A DNA stretch of 64,000 nucleotides from an uncultured Pseudomonadota bacterium (GCA_963836235.1 CAWIIP010000002.1:800001-864000), one strand, 5' to 3'; counted from the first letter of the stretch, positions 18,156-28,116 are shown. The notes: generated by a model not told the origin, from the sequence alone. Numbers and translations are program-made.

Positions 18156-20199
18156 AGGAGTGAACGAGAAAAGCTTTTTACCCGGAATCCTGCTTTTGCT
18201 GCTGGCTTTTGAGCTGGCCCTTTTGGGCCTGAACCCTTCCTTCTATATGGATGACAGCCCGGAGATCATCACCGTCTCGGCCTGCCTGGGGATCGCCCAT
18301 CCTCCCGGTTATCCCCTCTTCATCCTCCTGGGCCGACTCTTTTCCCTTCTGCCCCTGGGGCCGCTCTGCCTTCGGGTCAACCTGCTTTCGGCTTTCACGG
18401 GGGCCCTGGCCTGCTATTTATTGTTTCGGTTCCTGAAGGATCGTTTCAACCTGGGCCTTTCCTTGAGCCTTCCCTTTGCCCTTCTTTGGATGGCCGGGGC
18501 CACCGCCTATCCCGCCGCCTTGAGCGCCAAGAACGGTATTTACCAGCTGACGGCTGTTTTCCTTTTAGCCGTCCTGGGCGCCCTTTTTCGGGGACGCCGC
18601 TCCCTCGCTCTTTTTCTTTTTGGCCTGTCCCTGGGCAACCATTGGATGAGCATGATGGCGGCCGGGAGCGGTTTCGCCTTTCTGGCCTGGATCCAGTTGA
18701 GGGAAAGGGAAGGGGCGGCCAAGGAACTGGTAAAAAGCGCGGCCTTCTTGGTGGTGGGACTTTCCCTTTACCTTTACCTGCCCTTAAGGTCCTCCCTGGA
18801 CCCCCTCGTCAATTGGGCCCATCCCGTGGATGCGGAAAATTTCCTGCGCCACGTGAGCCGTTACGTAGACAAGGACAAGGATTTTACGGGAGACGCTTTT
18901 TTGTGGGCCCAGCAGGGTTTTTACTACCTGCGTTCGGCCTTGGTGGAATTTTCAGGCCTGGGCCTTTTGGCCCTTTGCGGAATCTTCGCCGCTTGGCGCG
19001 GGGAGCGCCGTCAGGCGGCGGGCTTGCTTCTTTCCTGGGCGGGGCTCTTCGCCGCCGTTTGTGTTTTCTCCAAGTTCTCCAGCCAAAAAATTTACCTGAT
19101 GCAGAATTATTCCATCGCCTCTTTTATTTTCATCCCCCTCTTCGCGGGCCTGGGTTTTCGTTTCCTCCTCCAACTTCTAGGCCGCCGCCATCCTAAGGCC
19201 GTCAAGGCCGCCCCCGTTGCCGTCTGGTTGCTGGTGCTGGCCCTGGCCGTGGCCCGCTGGCTTCAAGGGGGCCAAGAATTTTACACCTACACTTACGATT
19301 ATGTTTTGAACGCCTGGCGTTCGGTTCCCGTGGGCGGGCTCTTCTTTTGCAAGGGCGACGTTTTGGATTTCCCCTGCTGGTACTTCCAGCTGTTGGAGGG
19401 AAAAAGGCCCGACCTTCCGGTGTTGGGCGGCGGAAGCCTGCCGATGGATTGGTACCGGATCTTTTTAGCCCGCACCCAGCCGGGACTCAAAGTCCCCTAT
19501 CCTTTCCACGAGAAGGGCAAGGAATATATCTCGGGCCACCTGATCCAATGGATGGTGGAGCAAAACCCCGGGCACCGGCTCTTTTTCACTTATCCTGACT
19601 TGGGGCCGGACGGTTTGGGTGAAATGCGTCTGGTTCCCAACGGCATGACCCAGGAGGGCTTTCTGCCCCCCGCCGGTCCCCTCTTTGACGAAGCGGAAGC
19701 CGAACGGCTTTGGGCCGATATGCGCCTGAGGCATTATCAAAAACCGGATGATTCGGTGGATGAGGTTTCCTGGGACTACTTCTTGAAGGACTACGGGATG
19801 GCGCGGCTTTGGATGGCGGCGAAATACATGGGAGAAGCCCAGGCGTTAGCGGTTCAGGGAAACCCTTCCCCGGCCCCGCGACAAAAGGCCCATTCCCTTT
19901 ATGAAAAAACCCTTCCCCATCTTTTATGGGCGCAAAACTGGGACCCCCAAAATCCCGGCTATGCCGTCAATGTCGGCCTCGACCTCTTTTTCATGGGGGA
20001 TTTGAAACAAGCCGGGGACTGGTTCGCGAAAGCGGCCCGGATCGATCCCCGCTATGCGGATGCCTATTACTATGAGGGCGTGGTGGCCTATCAAACCGGG
20101 AATAAGGCGGAAGCCCGGAGATTATTTGAGAAAACCCTCGCCTTAAACCCCAACCACGCCCAAGCCGCCCGGTCTTTTCGGGCACTCTCGGTGCCTTGA
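18130..20199 (+). CDS. DUF2723 / TMEM260-like membrane glycosyltransferase with C-terminal TPRs
   Basis: DDSPEI..LGIAHPPGYPLF..GRLF, GLSLGNH and YLYLPLRS..P.VNW motifs; TPR tail; start may be GTG 18160. Confidence 0.85.
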   Translation: MEKRLPLDKGVNEKSFLPGILLLLLAFELALLGLNPSFYMDDSPEIITVSACLGIAHPPGYPLFILLGRLFSLLPLGPLCLRVNLLSAFTGALACYLLFRFLKDRFNLGLSLSLPFALLWMAGATAYPAALSAKNGIYQLTAVFLLAVLGALFRGRRSLALFLFGLSLGNHWMSMMAAGSGFAFLAWIQLREREGAAKELVKSAAFLVVGLSLYLYLPLRSSLDPLVNWAHPVDAENFLRHVSRYVDKDKDFTGDAFLWAQQGFYYLRSALVEFSGLGLLALCGIFAAWRGERRQAAGLLLSWAGLFAAVCVFSKFSSQKIYLMQNYSIASFIFIPLFAGLGFRFLLQLLGRRHPKAVKAAPVAVWLLVLALAVARWLQGGQEFYTYTYDYVLNAWRSVPVGGLFFCKGDVLDFPCWYFQLLEGKRPDLPVLGGGSLPMDWYRIFLARTQPGLKVPYPFHEKGKEYISGHLIQWMVEQNPGHRLFFTYPDLGPDGLGEMRLVPNGMTQEGFLPPAGPLFDEAEAERLWADMRLRHYQKPDDSVDEVSWDYFLKDYGMARLWMAAKYMGEAQALAVQGNPSPAPRQKAHSLYEKTLPHLLWAQNWDPQNPGYAVNVGLDLFFMGDLKQAGDWFAKAARIDPRYADAYYYEGVVAYQTGNKAEARRLFEKTLALNPNHAQAARSFRALSVP

Positions 20200-20259
20200 T
20201 AATAGGCTGGCATCAACCGCTTTTAAAATTTTTCCGTGAGCCCGAAATCCTAACAAGGA

Positions 20260-23200
20260 TTAATGAATGACGACGACCTTGCCCGTCCATCGCTGGGACC
20301 CTGAGCCATTATTGACCTCAAGCGCGTAAAGGTACAAACTGCTCGCGACCGCCTGCCCGGACTGGTTTTGAACCTGCCAAAGCAGGTTGTTCAGGCCCGC
20401 GTTTCCCGCAATAGTGCTTTGGTAGATTTGTTCCCCCAAAAGGGTGTACAAGGACAAATGAACCTGGGCCGGCCCCGGCAACTGGACTTTAAATTGAATA
20501 GGTTCATCGTTCCGGGAAATATTCGGCGCCACCACCACCGCCAGGTTGCCCAAGGTGGGACTGGGGGTGACGGTAAATGTCGGTGTCATCGTGGAAGTGG
20601 GCGTTTCCGCGCGTTGCGCATTCTTGGAAAGGGCCGCGATTTTGACCGACAGGGCAACGGCGGTGGGCGTGGGCCCGCAAGGCACGTATTCCCCCACGAT
20701 CATATTGACCGAATTAACATAAAGTACCCCGCTCGGGCTGACGGCTACCCCCAAGGGGTAACCTATTTGATTGGCGGCCTCATCCGGACCCGTGGCGATC
20801 TGGCAGACCGGATTGCCATTGGGGTCATATTTGGAGACGGGGTTTAAGCCTTCACCCGCCACGTAAATATATCCCGCCGAATCCGCCGTTAAATTGACGC
20901 CGATGCTGCTCCAGGAGATACCGGTAGCGACTCCCGCCGCGGTGAATTGATGAACCCCGGTGCCGTCGAGTACGTAAACCAATTCCGTGTTGCTGACGCA
21001 GATTCCCTTAGGGGCGCTAAATCCCCCGCTTTCCCCAAATTGCGTGGGGATACCCCCGGGCGCCCCCCCGTTGTAGGTAAATTCCTGGACCCTGCCGTTT
21101 AAGCCCTCATCCACCGTGTAAACATTATTGGACACCGGGTCCACCGCGACGCCGAACAGCCCCGCGAATTGGCCAATGGCAATCCCGCTGGTTCCCCATT
21201 GGTTTAAATAACCGCCGGTGGGACCGAATACCTCCACCCGGCTGTTTCCTTGGTCCGCCACGTAAATGGAAGTGCCGGCCGAATTGACGGCGATTTCATA
21301 GGGACCGTTTAAATTGCCGTTTCCGGATCCCGTCCCGCCAAAGGAGAGGATGAAATTCGTGGAGGAACCGGAGGTGTCGAACTTATCCACCAGGTTGTTC
21401 GCCTGGTCCGTGACATAGACGCACGGCCCGGGCTGCCCGTTGCAGTTGGTGCTGTTATCAAGGGCGATGTCATAAACGGGGTTGCCGAAACTATAGCTCC
21501 CGTCTGCGTCGCTTCCGGAAGTTCCCCACTTTAAGGAGAAGTTATAACAGCAGCCGCCCGGGGTTGAAGTGACGCTGGGTGTGGGAGTCAGGGTGGGCGT
21601 ATTGGTTAGGGTTGAAGTGGCCGTCGACATGCTGGTGTTGGTTGGCGTCGGGCTTGGCGTAATAGTTGTCGTCTCCGTAAGCGTATTCGTGGGAGTGCGT
21701 GTTTCCGTTACGGTCCTGGTATTCGTCACCGTACGAGTTGCGGTGGTTGTGGGGGAATTAGTCCTCGTCGGCGTTATGGTGGCGGTCCTCGTCGGTGTGC
21801 GAGTGTCGGTGACCGTCCGTGTATTGGTCGGCGTGCGGGTTTCTGTCACTGTCCTCGTATTGGTTACGGTTCCCGTCGGCGTATGAGTCTCCGTTACGGT
21901 TCGTGTATGTGTCGGGGTGTGGGTATCCGTCACGGTCCTGGTATTCGTCACCGTATGAGTCGCGGTGATTGTGGGGGAATTAGTCCTCGTGGGGGTTATG
22001 GTCGGCGTCCTGGTGGGGGTACGGGTATCCGTTACTGTTCGAGTATTGGTCGGGGTGCGGGTGTCTGTTGCTGTCCTTGTGTTGGTAACGGTTCTCGTCG
22101 GGGTGCCGGTGGGGGTTTGGGTTACCGTCACGGTGGGCGTAAAAGTCCAGGTGGGAGCCGGAATGCATGACGAAATACTCGAGAGAGCTTTGTAGACGTC
22201 CAACAGGCCATAGCCCTGGGTGGGTGTCCAGCCCGTTTGGCCCGGCAGAAGGTCGGTATTGCTGATAATGGCTTGGGTGACTTGCACATTCGTGAGGTTC
22301 GGGCACAAGCAGAACATCAAAGCGGCCGTGCCGGAGACGTAAGGAGCCGAGGCCGAGGTTCCGGCGGCGATGCAAAAGTTGCTGTCCGCGGGGTTGGCTA
22401 TGAAATCGGCCGGGTTGGCCGAAAAGGGGCAATTGAGGCGGGCCCCAAAGACATTCTGCGAGGCGTCAAGGGTGAAATTACCGGTAGCCATGGCCGACCC
22501 TCCCGGGGCGACCAGGTCCAACCCGGGGCCTGAGTTGGAATAAAAAGCAATGCCGCCGCTGGCGTCCGTGGCTCCTACCGATATCAACGCCGGAAGGGAA
22601 TAAGGAGGATTGGTAAAGCTCGCGGGGAAAAGCAAGGGAACGGCCGTACCATCGTCCCCGGAGGAAGCCACCGCGACGCAACCGTTGGACATCGCGTATT
22701 GCAGCACTAAGTACTGTAAATAATCAGGAAGCATTCCTCCCAAGGACAGGTTTAAAACCTTGGCGCCGTTTTCGATCGCGTAAAGCGTTCCATAAGCCAC
22801 ACCAGCGGCGGAGCCACTGCCCGTGTTGTCCAAAACCTTGACCGGCATGAGCTTCACACCCGGAGCCAAACCCGCCATCCCGGTGGTGGAAGAACCCGGA
22901 TTGCAGGCTTCCGGCTGAACCGTACTTTGCCATTGGGCCCAAAGAAGAGAGGAAACAAAAGTCCCGTGACCAAAATCATCGTCCGTCGGTTCGACCGTTG
23001 TGTAGGGAGCTAACCCCAAAGTGGGTTGGGGTGGATCCACCAAACCCGTAAAGGCGTTGTATCCTGGAACAAAAAGGGAAGGGGGAAGATCCGGATGGGA
23101 CCTCGTCACGCCAGTATCGATCACGGCTACCGTCACCGAGCAACCCGGTGGACAGGAATTCCAAGTAATATTTTGCCAGGCTTGGGGAGCGCTGATTTGC

Positions 23201-23607
23201 TGTAGGGGCCAATTATAAGGTGAACTGTAATACTGGTCGGTTGGCAGAGGACAGCCCAGCGCGTAATAGCGGACATTCGGCTCGGCCCAAAGGACGGAAG
23301 GATCGCTTTGGCATTCGCTGACGGCTTGGGAAACCCCTAACCCGCCTTGAAGCTCAACTTTGAAAATACCCTCGAACAAGGGATTGGAAACCGGCAGTTT
23401 CAGGCGGTCGGCTCTTCCCAGGTGGCGCAAAAAAATTTCCGATTGAAACCGGTTTATGCCGGGTTTGAACTGGACAAGGATTTCCCCCGGTACGTAGGCT
23501 TCTTTTCCGGCCATACCCGATACCAAAGACTTCGCTTCGCTTGCGGTTCCAATGAGGAAGAACGCCATGAATAACCATACGATTCCAGTCAATAATAAAT
23601 TTTTCAT
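20260..23607 (-). CDS. S8 serine peptidase with long Thr-alternating stalk, NHL propeller and C-terminal sorting domain
   Basis: YVPGEILVQFK propeptide; VIDTG, FGHGTFV, GTSASAP; NHL repeats IYVADQGNSRV; C-terminal APNISRN...ASSLYLY. Confidence 0.9.
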   Translation of the reverse strand: MKNLLLTGIVWLFMAFFLIGTASEAKSLVSGMAGKEAYVPGEILVQFKPGINRFQSEIFLRHLGRADRLKLPVSNPLFEGIFKVELQGGLGVSQAVSECQSDPSVLWAEPNVRYYALGCPLPTDQYYSSPYNWPLQQISAPQAWQNITWNSCPPGCSVTVAVIDTGVTRSHPDLPPSLFVPGYNAFTGLVDPPQPTLGLAPYTTVEPTDDDFGHGTFVSSLLWAQWQSTVQPEACNPGSSTTGMAGLAPGVKLMPVKVLDNTGSGSAAGVAYGTLYAIENGAKVLNLSLGGMLPDYLQYLVLQYAMSNGCVAVASSGDDGTAVPLLFPASFTNPPYSLPALISVGATDASGGIAFYSNSGPGLDLVAPGGSAMATGNFTLDASQNVFGARLNCPFSANPADFIANPADSNFCIAAGTSASAPYVSGTAALMFCLCPNLTNVQVTQAIISNTDLLPGQTGWTPTQGYGLLDVYKALSSISSCIPAPTWTFTPTVTVTQTPTGTPTRTVTNTRTATDTRTPTNTRTVTDTRTPTRTPTITPTRTNSPTITATHTVTNTRTVTDTHTPTHTRTVTETHTPTGTVTNTRTVTETRTPTNTRTVTDTRTPTRTATITPTRTNSPTTTATRTVTNTRTVTETRTPTNTLTETTTITPSPTPTNTSMSTATSTLTNTPTLTPTPSVTSTPGGCCYNFSLKWGTSGSDADGSYSFGNPVYDIALDNSTNCNGQPGPCVYVTDQANNLVDKFDTSGSSTNFILSFGGTGSGNGNLNGPYEIAVNSAGTSIYVADQGNSRVEVFGPTGGYLNQWGTSGIAIGQFAGLFGVAVDPVSNNVYTVDEGLNGRVQEFTYNGGAPGGIPTQFGESGGFSAPKGICVSNTELVYVLDGTGVHQFTAAGVATGISWSSIGVNLTADSAGYIYVAGEGLNPVSKYDPNGNPVCQIATGPDEAANQIGYPLGVAVSPSGVLYVNSVNMIVGEYVPCGPTPTAVALSVKIAALSKNAQRAETPTSTMTPTFTVTPSPTLGNLAVVVAPNISRNDEPIQFKVQLPGPAQVHLSLYTLLGEQIYQSTIAGNAGLNNLLWQVQNQSGQAVASSLYLYALEVNNGSGSQRWTGKVVVIH

Positions 23608-23994
23608 AAATCAGCTCCTTTAAATAATTAGCGGGATCATACTCAAACGACTCATTGAAACAACAGAATCCGAAACAATGCGGTCGGTTAAATTAAAAGG
23701 TTTAAAATAATAAATGGTTTACAGTCGGTGAATGTGAGGAGTGTATTTTATTTTAAGTTGGGGATCAATCTTAAATCTTGGCCGGTCATGAATTAAACAA
23801 TTCTAATTTCACGATAAATTTTGAAAAAATGAACCCTTTTCTCCCGGATTTTGAAAGCTAACCTGGTCCTAACATTTCCACGAGAAAAGATTGAACCTTT
23901 AGGATTTTTGAAAGAACTCGCTTAGGCCGAAAGCAAGAATTCCAACGGTGAAGGGAGGCGATGATCCAGAGAAAAGGTTCGCGACGATTCGGGA

Positions 23995-26900
23995 TTACCG
24001 CAGGATGAGTAGTTTGAGGATGCTTCTTCCCTGGTTGGTTTGGACCACCACGTAATAAAGCCCGCTGGCCAAAGGTGTTCCCCTCTTATCCACTAAGGGA
24101 ATCGGTACGCTCGCTCCCGGCTGCACGTTTGAATAATTCAAGGTGGCCACTTTCCGGAAGGCAATCGTGAAGATCTCAATGCTCACGTCCGATGGCGAAG
24201 TCAAATCCGGATTCAACTGAACCGTTCCTCCGGTAGTGGGATTCGGATAAACCACCGGTTTGGCTGAAGGGGTTGAGGTTGGAGTGGCGGTAACCGTCGG
24301 CATCGGCGTAATGGTTTTAGTGGCTGTTGAGGTGACCGTCGAACTGGGGGTGTAAGTCGCCGTAGCGGCCACGATGGTGACCGTGACACCGGACACGGGC
24401 AATCCGGTAAAGAGAAGGGGCTGGCCGTTGCTTCCCGTGGCGTTCGTGGCGCTGAAGGAATAGCTCCCCACCGGTGACGACGAGGAGAAGTTCGCGGTGA
24501 CTTCGTAGGTCACGGCTCCATTGGCTCCCGGAATGACTCCGTTGAAGTTGAAGGTGGCGTTTGACCCGCTAAAGCTGGCCGTGGAAATGAGCGTTCCATT
24601 CGCGAAAAGATTGACCGAGGTGATCCCGCTGGGAAGGCTTCCCGTCCCGGTGAGGGTGATGCTGGTGAGCGTGACTGGGTTGCTGCTGGGATTGTTCATC
24701 TGGATCTGTTGGATGGGAACTCCGGAAGCGCCTGGGATTTGGGTGGAGCTACCCGGCGGGCTGGACCCTTGCGAGGCCGAAACCGTCACCGGCGTGGGGC
24801 TGAAAGTGGGTGTGACGGACGCCGTTGAGGTGGTGGTCGCCGTGGCGGTATTAACCAAGGTGTTGGTGGCGGTGGAAGTGGGAGTCATGGTGCTGGTCTT
24901 AGTCGGGGTTCCGGTGTTGATCAGGGTATTGGTAGCAGTCGCCGTGGAAGTTCGGGTAGGGCTGTTGGTCAACGTCTCCGTCGGAGTTAACGAAGAGGTG
25001 TAAGTCGGGCTGTTACTGGCGGTATTCGTGGTGGTGACGGTAGCCGTTGAAGTCGGCGTCCCGGTGTTAATGAGAGTATTGGTAACGGTAGCCGTGGAAG
25101 TGCGGGTGGGGCTATTGGTGGGTGAACCTGTCGGAGTCAATGAAGACGTGTAAGTTGGACTGTTGCTGGCCGTGTTCGTGGTGGTGACCGTGGCGGTTGA
25201 GGTCGGAGTTCCGGTATTGATGAGGGTATTGGTGGCCGTCGCCGTGGAAGTGCGAGTAGGGCTGTTGGTGGCTGTCCCAGTTGGAGTCAACGAAGAGGTG
25301 TAAGTCGGGCTATTGCTGGCGGTGTTCGTGGTGGTGACGGTAGCAGTCGAAGTTGGGGTTCCGGTGTTAATGAGAGTATTGGTAACGGTAGCCGTGGAAG
25401 TGCGAGTAGGGCTGTTGGTGGCTGTCCCAGTTGGAGTCAACGAAGAGGCGTAAGTCGGGCTATTGCTGGCGGTGTTCGTGGTGGTGACGGTAGCAGTCGA
25501 AGTTGGGGTTCCGGTGTTGATGAGAGTATTGGTAGCCGTTGCCGTGGAAGTGCGGGTGGGGCTGTTGGTGGGCGAACCGGTTGGGGTCAACGAAGAGGTG
25601 TAAGTCGGGCTGTTGCTGGCGGTGTTCGTGGTGGTTGCCGTGGCGGTACGAGTTGAGGTGGACGTTGCGGTTAAAGTCGCCGTATTAACCAGGGTATTGG
25701 TGGCCGTTGCCGTGAAAGTGCGGGTGGGGCTATTGGTGGGCGAACCTGTCGGAGTCAATGAAGACGTGTAAGTTGGGCTGTTACTCGCGGTATTCGTGGT
25801 CGTTGCCGTGGCGGTACGGGTTGCGGTGGAAGTTGAAGTATTCGTAGGGCTATTCGTTACGGTCTTCGTGGGCGTACTAGTCGCCGTAGTAGTGGCTGTG
25901 TTCGTCGTGGTACTGGTAACCGTACTAGTTGAAGTGTTCGCCGGGGTATTCGTGCGGGTTGTGGTTGGAGTAGAAGTCAATGTATTCGTGGGGCTGTTCG
26001 TTACGGTTTTCGTGGCCGTATTGGTGGCGCTATTCGTCGGGGTGCTGGTAGCGTTCAATGGAGTGTTTGTCGGGCTATTGGAAGGGGTAAAGGTGGGTGT
26101 TTTGGTCGCGGTGGGCGTTGCGCTATTGGTGGCGGTTTTCGTGGCCGTGCTGGTATTAACCACCGGCGTGTTCGTCGGGCTGCTGGTGGGTGTGGGACTG
26201 GGTGTGTTGCAAATAACCGTAATGGCAATGGTATTGCTGTTAACCGGTCCTCCTCCGGACCAAGTCGCCGTTCCCTTGTCGCTCACCACCTGGCAGGAAT
26301 CGCTGGCGTTGAAGGAATAAGCGACCACGCTAAAAGCGATCGGAACGCAATCCCCGCCTGGTAAATTGCTCACGACCCAAGTAATTGGAAATCCTGAAGT
26401 ATTCAGGGGATTGATCGTCACCGGCACACCCGAAACCGTGACCGCCCATTGGCTAAAATTGGGGCCGTCCTGGGACCAACTCAAGGGATTGGTGATATTG
26501 TCCACCACCGTAACGCCGTTGGCCGTCACCGATCCCGAGGCGTTGCAAACCGTGATGGTCATGGCGATGGCTGTTCCCGTTTCGGGATAACCGGACGTGG
26601 GCCCACCGGTCGTCTTAGTCAAGGTAATACTGGGAGGAACGGTTGTGGCGGTGGGAGTAAAGCTAGGGGTCGCGGTGAAGGTCTTGGTGGGTGTGCCGGT
26701 AGGCACCGGGCTTCCCGCCACGCAATTAGGGGTCGGCGTTTGGTTGAGTTGAGCCAGCCAAGTGGAAACCGGGGCTCCGTGATAGGAAGTGGTGGGGTAG
26801 CCACTGAAGCTCGTCAAGAGCGTCGGACTCACGTCCGAGCTGAAAGCCCAAGCCATTCCGGAATAAACATAATTATGGTCGTTGGTCCCGTTGAGCCAGG

Positions 26901-27924
26901 CGATGGTGCTGTTGTCCCATGCGACTCCGTCGGAAGAGGTCGCGCCGAATTCCTCGATGATAACAGCGTGGGCCGGGCTGGTGGCCGTGGCATCCGTGAT
27001 ATAGGTGTCCCATTGGGATCCGCCCGCCGGGTATCCCTTGCTGGAATAAACATGGGAGGAATAGAGGACGCCATTGCCCGAACCCGTATCGGTCAGGTCA
27101 TTGGCGGGTAGCCCCGTCAAGTCGAAAGCCCAGTTAAGTCCGCCCGCCACCACGATGTTATTGGCGCCCGCGTTGCGGACAGCGGTCAAGAGGGCCTGGA
27201 GGCCCGGAGTTGTGAAACCATTGGCCGCGCCACCGTCCCGCCAGATGGACCAGCTGACGTCGTGGGGCTCGTTATAGATGTCGAACATGACGGCGGGATT
27301 GTTGGCATAAGTGGAGGCCACCGAGGACCAGAAAGTGACGGCGTTCATGTCCGGCATATCTTGTTGGGCGGTAGCGCCACCCCATCCCGTTCCGCAAGGT
27401 GCTGTCGCGGTGCTTGAGGTTCCCGACCAATGGAGGTCCAAATCCAAATAGACATTGTTCGCGGAGCAATAGTTGATGACCGCCTGGATTTCCGCCCGAT
27501 AGGCGGTTTGATTGGGCGTCCCTCCTGAATTGGTACAGCCGAACCAAAAATCCTGGTTGATGGGGAACCGGACGCAGTTGGCGTGCCAAACGCTGACCGC
27601 CTCAGTGATGATCGAAACGTAATCCGTCATGGTGACGCCGCTAATAGTGGTCGTGGGACGGCCTGTGCCACCGTCACCCGTGGGGCTATATTCCATTCCG
27701 GAAACGTCCACACCCTTTAAGCGGACAGTACAACCGCCGCTGGCTGTAACAATCTGGTTACCCGAGATTTTAAGTTGAGCGGAAGTCGCGTGAACTTCGG
27801 AAGGAACCACCACAAAAAAGAGGAAAACCGCAAGGGACAAAAAGGACACAAAAACAAATCGAGCGAAAAACGTTTTTAAGTTTTCGCATAAAGTGAATTT
27901 CTGGATTTTAAAGGACCCGTTCAT
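23995..27924 (-). CDS. GH5 glycoside hydrolase (cellulase-like) with DUF11-like domain, Thr-rich repeats and C-terminal sorting domain
   Basis: LDLHW, FDIYNEPH (acid/base Glu), YSSHVY, IIEEFG (nucleophile Glu), MAWAF; C-terminal YPNP..IFTIAFRK..LASGLYY. Confidence 0.9.
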   Translation of the reverse strand: MNGSFKIQKFTLCENLKTFFARFVFVSFLSLAVFLFFVVVPSEVHATSAQLKISGNQIVTASGGCTVRLKGVDVSGMEYSPTGDGGTGRPTTTISGVTMTDYVSIITEAVSVWHANCVRFPINQDFWFGCTNSGGTPNQTAYRAEIQAVINYCSANNVYLDLDLHWSGTSSTATAPCGTGWGGATAQQDMPDMNAVTFWSSVASTYANNPAVMFDIYNEPHDVSWSIWRDGGAANGFTTPGLQALLTAVRNAGANNIVVAGGLNWAFDLTGLPANDLTDTGSGNGVLYSSHVYSSKGYPAGGSQWDTYITDATATSPAHAVIIEEFGATSSDGVAWDNSTIAWLNGTNDHNYVYSGMAWAFSSDVSPTLLTSFSGYPTTSYHGAPVSTWLAQLNQTPTPNCVAGSPVPTGTPTKTFTATPSFTPTATTVPPSITLTKTTGGPTSGYPETGTAIAMTITVCNASGSVTANGVTVVDNITNPLSWSQDGPNFSQWAVTVSGVPVTINPLNTSGFPITWVVSNLPGGDCVPIAFSVVAYSFNASDSCQVVSDKGTATWSGGGPVNSNTIAITVICNTPSPTPTSSPTNTPVVNTSTATKTATNSATPTATKTPTFTPSNSPTNTPLNATSTPTNSATNTATKTVTNSPTNTLTSTPTTTRTNTPANTSTSTVTSTTTNTATTTATSTPTKTVTNSPTNTSTSTATRTATATTTNTASNSPTYTSSLTPTGSPTNSPTRTFTATATNTLVNTATLTATSTSTRTATATTTNTASNSPTYTSSLTPTGSPTNSPTRTSTATATNTLINTGTPTSTATVTTTNTASNSPTYASSLTPTGTATNSPTRTSTATVTNTLINTGTPTSTATVTTTNTASNSPTYTSSLTPTGTATNSPTRTSTATATNTLINTGTPTSTATVTTTNTASNSPTYTSSLTPTGSPTNSPTRTSTATVTNTLINTGTPTSTATVTTTNTASNSPTYTSSLTPTETLTNSPTRTSTATATNTLINTGTPTKTSTMTPTSTATNTLVNTATATTTSTASVTPTFSPTPVTVSASQGSSPPGSSTQIPGASGVPIQQIQMNNPSSNPVTLTSITLTGTGSLPSGITSVNLFANGTLISTASFSGSNATFNFNGVIPGANGAVTYEVTANFSSSSPVGSYSFSATNATGSNGQPLLFTGLPVSGVTVTIVAATATYTPSSTVTSTATKTITPMPTVTATPTSTPSAKPVVYPNPTTGGTVQLNPDLTSPSDVSIEIFTIAFRKVATLNYSNVQPGASVPIPLVDKRGTPLASGLYYVVVQTNQGRSILKLLILR
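24900..25830 (-). repeat. Intragenic tandem repeat of about 6 units of 150 bp (50 aa, Thr/Ser/Asn/Pro-rich)
   Basis: Anchor TAAGTYGG recurs at 25001, 25151, 25301, 25451, 25601 and 25769; peptide NTASNSPTYTSSLTPTG..TNSPTRT. Confidence 0.9.
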
Positions 27925-27999
27925 GGTGTCCCCTTTTTGAGATGACTACTTTTCCAACCGGGTAAATTATTTGTAAAACACCCGCTGATTTTAATGAAA

Positions 28000-28013
28000 T
28001 TAGACCGGTTTCA
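28000..28013. promoter_or_regulatory. Candidate LacI-family operator upstream of the GH5 gene
   Basis: TTAGACCGGTTTCA matches the palindrome TGAAACCGGTTTCA at 12/14 with a central CG. Confidence 0.35.
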
Positions 28014-28116
28014 CTAAAATCGTTATTATAAATATACCACCTTATACAACAAATGGTCAAAAAGGGCTAAAACTAAAGGATTAAGCAAAGATCTTCCAAA
28101 CAGAAGAATTACACGT

